Assembly (NCBI GenBank): GCA_036508875.1
Contig: DATCGP010000003.1
Location: 1-53,420 of the forward strand
From: Coriobacteriia bacterium
Lineage (GTDB): Bacteria; Actinomycetota; Coriobacteriia; Anaerosomatales; PALSA-660
Length of the DNA stretch: 53,420 nucleotides
Reading direction: 5' to 3'
This document shows positions 7,648-14,783 of this stretch, in pieces. Under the pieces are notes generated by a model. The model ran no database searches and was not told the origin of the DNA. It was given only the letters and a program-made list of their open reading frames with translations. The first letter of the stretch is position 1; every line of letters begins with the position of its first letter. The translations under genes and the position numbers were made by a program.

Positions 7648-8763
7648 CTACAGACCCGCTTGGGCCTTCATGTACTCCCTGTTGTTGCGGAAGCTCACGA
7701 TCATGTTCGACCCGTCCTCGTTCTGCCATGAGTACGAGCTGTAAGAGCCGTACCTGCTCAGCTCGTCGCCTTTGAATCCGACAATGGCATTCACGCTCTT
7801 GAGCGACATGCCTCTCTTGACTTGCTTGTACTCCGACATCGTCAACTCAGCCGCATCTGCTCGGGCTCCGCCGATCTTGGCCGCTTTCGCATAGGTCTTG
7901 GCAACATTCCCATTCGGCGGAACGTCACGGAAACCGGTGAGTGGGATCCGGAGATCCTCGTCGGTCGAGTCATCAAGCGAATCGCCGGCCGCGACCGTCA
8001 GCGTAAGGTTCTTCGCCTTCGGGTTGACCTTGAAGGCAACCCAACCTCCCGTCGACTCTCCATCTTCCATCGCGTAGGACAGCGTATCGAGGGCTTGAAG
8101 ATGGGCCTTCTCGAGCGCCCCGTCACTCATCTCGTGGCTCTCTCCGAACTCGTCCTCGACGGCCATGTCGCCCTCGATATATGTCACATAGTCGCCGGTG
8201 CTCAACACGTAGATCTTTAGCGCGATGTAAGTGGAGTTGCCCTGCTTGATGAACTTGCCTCCAGCGACGGCGATGTCGTAGGAGTTGCAGCTGATGATCT
8301 CCCCAACAGCGGGCGACGAGGATGCAGCGACGGTAGACGCCTCGTTCCGAGTGCATGTGTACGTCTGTCCGCTGACCGCGCTGTACACGAGGACGGTTTG
8401 CGCCCCATCGAAGTCCGTCATCAGCACTTCGGCGAGTCCGCGCGCGTAGTCCTCATCAACGTTTGCCGTCGTTGGGTTCACGCTCACGGTATCCCCGACC
8501 ACGCTGACTGCCGCATCCGAACCGTACCCAGCCTTTGCGAGGGATGCGGTCACTTGACCGGGTGTCGCGCAGCCCGTCGTCTTCGTTTGTGCCGTCTGGG
8601 AAGGAACACTCGGCGTCTGGGAAGGGGTGCTCGAGCGCGACTCCCCACACCCGAACAGAACCATGGATGCGACAAGACCGATAATTAGAAATCCCGCCAG
8701 ACCCGAAGATCCCGGCCGCGGTGCGGGTCCAGTGACCTTGCAGCAGACCGCGCGCCTCTTCAC
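7648..8763 (-). CDS. Lipoprotein with DUF4352-like and C-terminal DUF3862 (BLIP-like) domains
   Basis: MVLFG-C lipobox; GESTGGWVAFKV (DUF4352-like); LTMSEYKQVKRGMSLKSVNAIVG...YSWQNEDGSNMIVSF...KAQAGL. Confidence 0.65.
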   Translation of the reverse strand: MKRRAVCCKVTGPAPRPGSSGLAGFLIIGLVASMVLFGCGESRSSTPSQTPSVPSQTAQTKTTGCATPGQVTASLAKAGYGSDAAVSVVGDTVSVNPTTANVDEDYARGLAEVLMTDFDGAQTVLVYSAVSGQTYTCTRNEASTVAASSSPAVGEIISCNSYDIAVAGGKFIKQGNSTYIALKIYVLSTGDYVTYIEGDMAVEDEFGESHEMSDGALEKAHLQALDTLSYAMEDGESTGGWVAFKVNPKAKNLTLTVAAGDSLDDSTDEDLRIPLTGFRDVPPNGNVAKTYAKAAKIGGARADAAELTMSEYKQVKRGMSLKSVNAIVGFKGDELSRYGSYSSYSWQNEDGSNMIVSFRNNREYMKAQAGL

Positions 8764-8790
8764 GTGGTAACCCCCTCAGACCCACAGCGG

Positions 8791-8835
8791 GCGTCCCCAG
8801 CTCGCATAGCCGCAGCCTATCACTTGGCGCTCACG
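8791..8835 (-). promoter_or_regulatory. Repeated cargo promoter module, copy 4
   Basis: Minus strand GTGA-TAGGCT-GCGGCTATGCGAG. Confidence 0.6.
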
Positions 8836-8847
8836 CTGCGCGCAGAT

Positions 8848-9393
8848 TCAGCGCGCGACATTGATCTGCTGCTCGGCGACGTTCACCTGCAGCACGGGAC
8901 GTCTCAACTTGCGAACCGTCGCGAGGGTTCGCGAGGCTTTGAGGAAGTCCGACTGCACTCGGGAGACGTGACGGTCCCAGAAGTCAGCGGCCTCGGTGCT
9001 CATGCTGTCCTTCCACTTCCGGGCGCGCAGTGTTTCGGCAGAGTTGACGGCCAGCCAGCCGAGTGCGACGCGATGCGCGAGCATCGCCTCGAGTGGTGTG
9101 TCGCCCGCCTCCGTGAGTGACCCGATCGTCTCGGCAAGCCACATCCGCGTGGTCTCGTCCACCAAGACGTTCCCGCCCGACGCCAGGCGGACGAGTGCGT
9201 TCTCGGCTGCTGCTACCACGTTCCCGTAGTCATCAACGAGCAGAGCACCAAGCGTGGGGTATTCGCGGTTGAACTGACGCAGAGCCTCGCGTGAGCCGGG
9301 ACGGCTGCCGTTGGCGCCGTCACGAACCGCCTCTAGACGCTCCAGAAGTTCGTTGCGCTTCGCCAGAGCCGTACTCTCATCGTCGTCAGCCAC
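8848..9393 (-). CDS. Hypothetical helical protein of the element core
   Basis: 181 aa; GGAGG upstream; overlaps upstream gene stop; ends in QVNVAEQQINV. Confidence 0.7.
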   Translation of the reverse strand: MADDDESTALAKRNELLERLEAVRDGANGSRPGSREALRQFNREYPTLGALLVDDYGNVVAAAENALVRLASGGNVLVDETTRMWLAETIGSLTEAGDTPLEAMLAHRVALGWLAVNSAETLRARKWKDSMSTEAADFWDRHVSRVQSDFLKASRTLATVRKLRRPVLQVNVAEQQINVAR

Positions 9394-9691
9394 GCTTCCG
9401 CCTCCATTGTCGTTTGACCCGGTGGAAGCCTTCGCTGTGCAAGGTCACTTCAATCGCTTGGTGCGTGATGGTTTCCAGTTCGGACAGGGTCGCGACGATC
9501 TCTCGCGCTCGTGCGTCCTCGGCCCTGCGTGCAATCCGCGCCTCTTCGCGTTCGGTGCGCTCCTCGGCGTCGAGTGCTGCCGCGAGGTCCCCGATCTCAC
9601 CGGTGCCGATGTACTCGCGCACCACACGCCCGCCGACGCGTCTTGAGCGCGTGTAGTACCGGCCGCGGCCGTTGCGTGTCTCCCATGCCAT
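9386..9691 (-). CDS. Hypothetical basic protein (MAWETR...YYTRSRRVGGRVVREYIG)
   Basis: ATG 9691 with GAGAGGG RBS; basic beta-hairpin followed by coiled coil. Confidence 0.7.
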   Translation of the reverse strand: MAWETRNGRGRYYTRSRRVGGRVVREYIGTGEIGDLAAALDAEERTEREEARIARRAEDARAREIVATLSELETITHQAIEVTLHSEGFHRVKRQWRRKRG

Positions 9692-9751
9692 TGTGTTACG
9701 CCCTCTCGCTCGCCCCGCACGTCCGGTCAATGTGCGTTGGGCGGAGTTGAC

Positions 9752-10312
9752 CTACACCGTGCACCAGCACGGCGCACCACCATCACGCCCGGTCCCTCCA
9801 CACGTCTCACACTCGGGATCGGCGGGCTTGCGTGCTACGGCTCGACTCGGTACGGCACCTACACTCCTCGCCGCTCTCGGCTCCTCTATCTCTCTGGACC
9901 CCTTAGGCGTGGGGCTAAGGGCTACCTTCGGCCTACCCGCGCCGGCGAGTTTGCCGCCCTTGCGCCCGCCCTCGGACATGGCGCTCCAAGCAGCTTCGAT
10001 CTCGGCCTTGGAGTTGTTGTGATCGGTGAAGTCGTGAACCTGGATACCTCCGTCAACGGCGTCGAAGAGATGCACGTCGATGAGCTCCGCAACGAGTCGT
10101 TCGCGGTCGGTCTTGGAGCAGTCGATCACGGCGGCAAGCTGCCCGGCTGGAACGTGTCCGTCATTACGGAAGGCCTGGCACAGCGCGAGGGTGGCGCAAT
10201 AGAACCCGAACGCAGCGAGCCGGTCGGCGGCGGGGATGTCCAGCACCTTCTGATGCCACGGCAGGGAGATGTAGACGGCGGCGTATGCCTCCTTGTTGGC
10301 CTTCGGGCTCAC
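9752..10312 (-). CDS. Actinophage-type replication-initiator-like wHTH protein with C-terminal Zn motif
   Basis: HQKV...AFGFYCATLALC...DGHVP...GIQVHDFTDHN pattern; CETCGGTG...CWC; GTG start with GGGGAGG RBS. Confidence 0.55.
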   Translation of the reverse strand: MSPKANKEAYAAVYISLPWHQKVLDIPAADRLAAFGFYCATLALCQAFRNDGHVPAGQLAAVIDCSKTDRERLVAELIDVHLFDAVDGGIQVHDFTDHNNSKAEIEAAWSAMSEGGRKGGKLAGAGRPKVALSPTPKGSREIEEPRAARSVGAVPSRAVARKPADPECETCGGTGRDGGAPCWCTV

Positions 10313-10542
10313 GTCAGCACCTCCCCGGCTCGCCCGGCACGATCCGGGACACCTGGACACAGCCGATGCACTCGTCACAGCACGTCTCGCACGGACCTGT
10401 GAGTCGGGTTGTCGGGGCCGGAATCGCGGTGCCAACGGACGCGAAGTCCCTTGGTTGCGCTACGTTCCCGCAGGTCAGAGCGCCCATTTCGACGCTCTCT
10501 CGACAGCAATCCGCCATATAGCCGCCGCGCGTTCCGAAAACG

Positions 10543-10764
10543 CTACTCATCGGGCTCATCCGCCGCGATGTCGTAGGCGATCCCGAGACGGGTCAGCAAC
10601 GCCGGCACGATGACGCGGCGGGCCCCAGCGGTGCCGGTTGTGGGCCACTCAGAAGCCGCACGGAACGCCGCGCCGCGTCCAAGCGACAGGAGGTCACCGA
10701 TCACGGTCACGGGCTCCAGCGGGCGCAGACGGCGGCCCAGGACGATGATCGTCGGCGCGTTCAT
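10543..10764 (-). CDS. Excisionase-like small DNA-binding protein
   Basis: 73 aa; LLSLGRGAAFRA...GARRVIVPALLTRLG resembles Xis/HTH_17; coupled to upstream HTH gene (ATGA). Confidence 0.55.
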   Translation of the reverse strand: MNAPTIIVLGRRLRPLEPVTVIGDLLSLGRGAAFRAASEWPTTGTAGARRVIVPALLTRLGIAYDIAADEPDE

Positions 10765-10961
10765 CCCTCTACCTCCTCGAGCAGGTGCCCCGCTTCGATT
10801 CCGAGAACGCGCTCCAGGCGTTCCTGCTGCCCGACGTAGGGACGCAGGCGCCCCGACGATATGAGCATCACCGTCGTTGCGTTCATGCCGGCCTCACGGG
10901 CCAGCCGTGCCTTTGTCATGCCGAGCCGCCGGCGCTCGGCTTCCATGCGGGTGACTGTCAT
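10761..10961 (-). CDS. Cro/XRE-family HTH regulator
   Basis: RRRLGMTKARLAREAGMNATTVMLISSGRLRP...RLERVLGI; GAGAGGAG RBS. Confidence 0.85.
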   Translation of the reverse strand: MTVTRMEAERRRLGMTKARLAREAGMNATTVMLISSGRLRPYVGQQERLERVLGIEAGHLLEEVEG

Positions 10962-10989
10962 TGCTATGTGCTCCTCTCAAAGAGCGGTA

Positions 10990-11054
10990 TTGACTTCACA
11001 GTCCGCACCGCCCATGATGCTACTAGCCGGATATGACTCCCGCAACCGGTTACG
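10990..11054. promoter_or_regulatory. Overlapping divergent sigma70-type promoters plus palindrome
   Basis: + TTGACT(10990-95)-N17-CATGAT(11013-18); - TTGCGG(11045-40)-N17-TAGCAT(11022-17); CGCAACCGGTTACG 11041-11054. Confidence 0.6.
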
Positions 11055-11077
11055 AGAACAGAAAGCGAAGAGAAGCG

Positions 11078-11995
11078 ATGACAGCAGCAAGGCCCGGCGT
11101 GTCTCCTGCAGATCTGGTGAACTTCACTTGGCGGCGGCTCCCCTCTCCAACGTGGCAGACAGTCCACAAAGAGGCCACCGAGGAGCTCAATGAGGATGGC
11201 GAGGTCATCTGTTCAACGGATGCGAGCGACGGCCGAATCATGGTCGGAGCGGAGGGCGAAGCATACGAGCCACTCAAGGAGGCGCCGGCGCTCTTTCGTA
11301 CCTACGCGGCGCTAGAGGACACCGAAGATGCGTACTTGGACTTCGCGCGACGGTACGGGCGTCTCTGGGCTCCAACCACGTTCTTCGAGGGCCTGTTGTT
11401 CACAGACGCGAGCGGGGGTTTGGGCCAATGGCGTTACAGCAGGCGCGCCTTGGCGGACGCTGTGCGGCTTTGGGACGAACTGCGGCATGGGAGCACAGCG
11501 GAACTGTTTCACCGCGCATATGAGATGCGCCCCTTGGGTGATGCGCTGGGCGTGTACAGCAAGTTCGATGAACGTCCCCGGACCGCCTTTGTGGACAAGG
11601 ACGGCACGTATTGGGGCGAGAGCGAGCCCGTGATCGTCGTTCCCGACAGGACCGGTGAGCGCGGCATTATCCAGTCTCTGCTCCGACGCCAGCTCACACA
11701 GACGCTGACCGCGTTGCACGTCTCGCTCACCCTCGCTCCGACCGAGAAGGCCTACGGAGCGGGCCTACGGCTCACTTACGTTGTTTACACGCTGGAGGCC
11801 GCGATGTGGCTGCAGCTCGCGCTAGCGATAGACGGGAACCGCGAGTACGCGACCTGTCCCGTCTGCGGCAAGTGGTGGGACAGGACCGATGCGCGCGCTC
11901 ACAAGGAAGTGTGCAGCGACAAGTGCCGCGCGAAGAGGTCCTACCAGGAACGGCAGAAGGCCAAGAGGCAGCTTGAGGGGAAGGGGAAATCGTGA
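11078..11995 (+). CDS. Hypothetical protein with C-terminal CGNR-like Zn finger (putative regulator)
   Basis: CPVCGKWW...KEVCSDKCRAKRSYQER; GTGA overlap with integrase; start could be 11033. Confidence 0.65.
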   Translation: MTAARPGVSPADLVNFTWRRLPSPTWQTVHKEATEELNEDGEVICSTDASDGRIMVGAEGEAYEPLKEAPALFRTYAALEDTEDAYLDFARRYGRLWAPTTFFEGLLFTDASGGLGQWRYSRRALADAVRLWDELRHGSTAELFHRAYEMRPLGDALGVYSKFDERPRTAFVDKDGTYWGESEPVIVVPDRTGERGIIQSLLRRQLTQTLTALHVSLTLAPTEKAYGAGLRLTYVVYTLEAAMWLQLALAIDGNREYATCPVCGKWWDRTDARAHKEVCSDKCRAKRSYQERQKAKRQLEGKGKS

Positions 11996-13188
11996 GCATC
12001 CGCAAGGTCGCAACACAGCATTACGTCGTGACTGTGGAGCTCGGTAGGGATCCGATCACCGGCACACGCCGGCGCGAGGAGCATACAGTCCACGGCCCGC
12101 TCGACAAGGCCAAGGCGCTCGACAGGAAACTGCAGACGGCGGTCGATAACGGAGAGTACGTTGTGCGCTCTTCCGCGACCGTGGGCGATGTCTGCCGCGC
12201 GTGGCTCGACACGAAGGCGATGGAGATCACCACGGCGGGCCGCTCGCCCAGGACCGTGGAGCGGTACGGGTCGCTGCTCAAGAGCGCGATCGACACATTC
12301 GGCGCGCTCCCCGTCCAGCAGCTCACGCGCGAGCACATCCAGCGGTTCTACCTCGAGAGCGGGAAGAGGGTCAGCGCGACGACGGTCCACCATCGCCACG
12401 TCGCGCTCCAACAGGCGCTCGAGTATGCCGTCGAGACGCACATGATCCCAAGGAATCCCGCGCACAAGGCCAAGGCGCCGAAGCCGAACGACCACGAGCC
12501 GCGACGGCTCACAGACGAGGAAGTCACGAACCTGGTCGCGGCCGTCAGCGGCACGAGTCTGGACGTTCCGGTGCGTCTCGCGCTGGCGACCGGGATGCGT
12601 CTTGGCGAGATCCTCGCGCTGCATTGGAGCGACGTGTCGCTCGACGAGGGTCATGTCGCGGTTAACTGGACGGTACTCGAGCTCGCCGCCAAGGGTTCCG
12701 AAGTCACGATCAAGAAGCCGAAGAGCAAGGCCGGGAAGCGGACCATCGGCATAGGGCGTGGCACCGTCGCCTTCCTGCGCGAACATAGGCGCACGCAGAC
12801 GGCTCACCGGCTCGAGGTAGGTCCGGGGTGGGCGGACAACGACCTCGTTGTCTGTAACGACTGTGGCGAGCTGGTACGACCCTCTACCGTCTCACGTCAC
12901 TTCGGCCATCTTGTGAACCCGCCGACGCCCAAGGCCACCAAGAGGAACCCGAACCCGGCACCGAGAACGGGACCCCTCGCCATTCCGTGCCGCTTCCACG
13001 ATCTGCGCGACACGTTCGCTACCGAGTCGATACGCGCGGGACATCCGATCAAGGACGTGTCCGCCCTACTCGGTCATGCAAAGGCGAGTTTCACGATGGA
13101 CGTGTATGTCGCGCGCTCAGTCGAAGAGGATCGCGGGATCGCTGACGCCGCCGACGAACGGCTCTACGGGCGCGCAGAATCGCTATGA
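11992..13188 (+). CDS. Tyrosine recombinase / phage integrase
   Basis: ATGMRLGE (R), KPKSK (K), FHDLRD (HxxR), LLGHA (H), MDVY (Y); N-terminal arm-binding and core-binding regions. Confidence 0.95.
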   Translation: MSIRKVATQHYVVTVELGRDPITGTRRREEHTVHGPLDKAKALDRKLQTAVDNGEYVVRSSATVGDVCRAWLDTKAMEITTAGRSPRTVERYGSLLKSAIDTFGALPVQQLTREHIQRFYLESGKRVSATTVHHRHVALQQALEYAVETHMIPRNPAHKAKAPKPNDHEPRRLTDEEVTNLVAAVSGTSLDVPVRLALATGMRLGEILALHWSDVSLDEGHVAVNWTVLELAAKGSEVTIKKPKSKAGKRTIGIGRGTVAFLREHRRTQTAHRLEVGPGWADNDLVVCNDCGELVRPSTVSRHFGHLVNPPTPKATKRNPNPAPRTGPLAIPCRFHDLRDTFATESIRAGHPIKDVSALLGHAKASFTMDVYVARSVEEDRGIADAADERLYGRAESL

Positions 13189-13197
13189 TTCTGATTC

Positions 13198-13219
13198 ATG
13201 GCGGATATATGGCGGATTT
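13198..13219 (+). repeat. Integrase arm-type repeats, right (2 x ATGGCGGAT)
   Basis: ATGGCGGATAT-ATGGCGGATTT. Confidence 0.75.
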
Positions 13220-13237
13220 CGGGTCCGGACACGGAAA

Positions 13238-13265
13238 CGGGAACGCCCCAGAAAGGACGTTCCCG
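13238..13265. terminator. Hairpin between convergent integrase and tRNA-Ile2
   Basis: cgggaacgcc...ggacgttcccg inverted repeat. Confidence 0.6.
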
Positions 13266-13276
13266 CAGGTAAGGTA

Positions 13277-13351
13277 TGGTGGGCCCGGCAGGATTCGAAC
13301 CTGCAACCAAGGGATTATGAGTCCCCTGCTCCACCATTGAGCTACGGGCCC
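13277..13351 (-). tRNA. tRNA-Ile2 (CAT anticodon, lysidine type; some tools will call it Met)
   Basis: GGGCCCGTAGCTCAATGGTGGAGCAGGGGACT-CAT-AATCCCTTGGTTGCAGGTTCGAATCCTGCCGGGCCCACCA; paired G1-C72 (not initiator); C4:G69 and C5:G68 TilS-type determinants. Confidence 0.9.
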
Positions 13352-13439
13352 CGCTCTCGGCCCCGAGCCGTGCGCTCAGACGCCGACCAGCAAGCACCGC
13401 GATAGTCTACAACAGGCCCGCGAAGTTGAGGGCGACGTG

Positions 13440-13468
13440 TTGCGCCGCCCCGCGGCTGTCCCTATAAT
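13440..13468 (+). promoter_or_regulatory. Promoter of tRNA-Asn
   Basis: TTGCGC-N17-TATAAT. Confidence 0.7.
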
Positions 13469-13506
13469 CGCAATCCGTGCGCCCGGCACGTCCGGGTACA
13501 CGAGAT

Positions 13507-13581
13507 TCCTCGGTAGCTCAATGGTAGAGCGTTCGGCTGTTAACCGAAATGTTGTAGGTTCGAGTCCTACCCGAGGAGCCA
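13507..13581 (+). tRNA. tRNA-Asn(GTT)
   Basis: TCCTCGGTAGCTCAATGGTAGAGCGTTCGGCT-GTT-AACCGAAATGTTGTAGGTTCGAGTCCTACCCGAGGAGCCA. Confidence 0.97.
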
Positions 13582-13591
13582 CGCAACACAC

Positions 13592-13622
13592 GAAGGGCCC
13601 CGCATCCGCTGCGGGGCCCTTC
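13592..13622. terminator. Hairpin between tRNA-Asn and convergent sigma gene
   Basis: gaagggccccgca-tccgc-tgcggggcccttc, 13-bp stem. Confidence 0.8.
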
Positions 13623-13655
13623 TGTGTTCTCTCTGCGTCCCGGCCTGGCGTCGGG

Positions 13656-14660
13656 CTATTCCAGGTAGTCCTTCAGCCGGCTCGAGCGGCTCGGGTGGCG
13701 CAGCTTGTTCAGCGTCTTGCTCTCGATCTGCCGGATACGCTCGCGCGTGACGCCGAACTCGCGTCCCACTTCCTCGAGCGTGCGAGGGTGCCCGTCGAGC
13801 AGCCCGTAGCGCAGCTCTATGACCCGCCGCTCCCGGTCCGGGAGCGTGCGCAGGATCGCCCGTAGCTGCTGCTGCATCATCGATTCATCGGCGGCGTCCT
13901 GAGGTGCGATCGCTTCCTTGTCCTCGATGAAGTCACCGAGGCGGCCGTCGCCGTCCTCCCCGATGGGGCTGTCGAGGCTCGCGGGAGACTGCGCGAGAGT
14001 CAGTATCTCGCGCACACGGTCCGCGGTCATCTCTGCCTTCTCGCCGATCTCCTCGTCCGTCGGCTCGCGACCGAGTTCCTGGACCAGGCTGCGCTGCACC
14101 TTCGTCACGTGGTTCATCGTCTCGACCATGTGCACCGGGATGCGGATCGTCCGGCCCTGGTCCGCGATGGCGCGCGACACCGCCTGCCGGATCCACCAGG
14201 TCGCATAGGTGGAGAACTTGAAGCCCTTGCGGTAGTCGAACTTCTCTACAGCGCGGATGACCCCGAGGCTCCCCTCCTGGATCAGGTCGAGCAGCGACAG
14301 GCCGTGGTTCGCATAGCGCCGCGCGATCGAGACCACGAGCCGCAGGTTCGCGGACACCATGTGCTTCTTCGCGGCGATGCCGGCCGCCTCGATGCGGTGC
14401 AGGCGGCGCAGCTCCGCCGTCGGCAGCGTGACGCCGTCGGCCTTGGCGCGATCGAGCGTCTCTCCCGCCGCGACGCCGGCTTCGACCTTCTTCGCGAGCT
14501 CGACCTCCTCGCGTGCGGTCAGCAGCGGGACCCGGCCGATCTCCTTCAGGTACTGCCGGACCGGGTCCGAGGTCAGCGGGCTCGCGGCTATCGCCGCTGC
14601 CGCCTTGGCTGCTTTGGCCTTGCGCGATCTGGTAGTTACGTCGGTCACGTATTCCTCCAT
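13656..14660 (-). CDS. RpoD-family sigma factor lacking region 1.1 (group 2-like paralogue)
   Basis: [55 protein letters not shown]. Confidence 0.9.
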   Translation of the reverse strand: MEEYVTDVTTRSRKAKAAKAAAAIAASPLTSDPVRQYLKEIGRVPLLTAREEVELAKKVEAGVAAGETLDRAKADGVTLPTAELRRLHRIEAAGIAAKKHMVSANLRLVVSIARRYANHGLSLLDLIQEGSLGVIRAVEKFDYRKGFKFSTYATWWIRQAVSRAIADQGRTIRIPVHMVETMNHVTKVQRSLVQELGREPTDEEIGEKAEMTADRVREILTLAQSPASLDSPIGEDGDGRLGDFIEDKEAIAPQDAADESMMQQQLRAILRTLPDRERRVIELRYGLLDGHPRTLEEVGREFGVTRERIRQIESKTLNKLRHPSRSSRLKDYLE

Positions 14661-14717
14661 GTCGGGGCGTGATGGCGGGGGTATCCGGTAGGGCGACGAT
14701 CTGTTCCGGCTCGACGG

Positions 14718-14745
14718 CGAGACCCTCGCCGCTGCGAGGGTCTCG
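14718..14745. terminator. Hairpin between the two sigma genes
   Basis: cgagaccctcgc-cgct-gcgagggtctcg, perfect 12-bp stem. Confidence 0.65.
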
Positions 14746-14783
14746 ACTGGTGATCTGTCCTTCAGCGTGTGGGTACCCGAGTG

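Larger units (their letters stand above)
2767..13324. mobile_element. 10.5-kb tRNA-integrated element (phage-satellite/IME-like)
   Basis: 48-bp direct repeats, tyrosine integrase next to the intact tRNA, Cro/Xis/Rep-like genes, accessory cargo. Confidence 0.93.

Noticed and set aside
5692..8835. CRISPR array or classical attC sites for the repeated module
   Set aside because: Spacing is gene-sized and irregular, copies are degenerate, and there are no RYYYAAC/GTTRRRY ends, cas genes or IntI
9900..9940. Possible iterons (GGCTA/GCCTA) inside the rep-like gene
   Set aside because: Too short and irregular to call an origin
10314..10559. Cys-rich 81-aa ORF (CETCCDECIGC)
   Set aside because: No clear RBS or start and it overlaps the att-like site; cannot be supported as a gene
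12022..12807. 288-aa antisense ORF within the integrase
   Set aside because: Typical shadow ORF of an integrase gene; no independent evidence of expression
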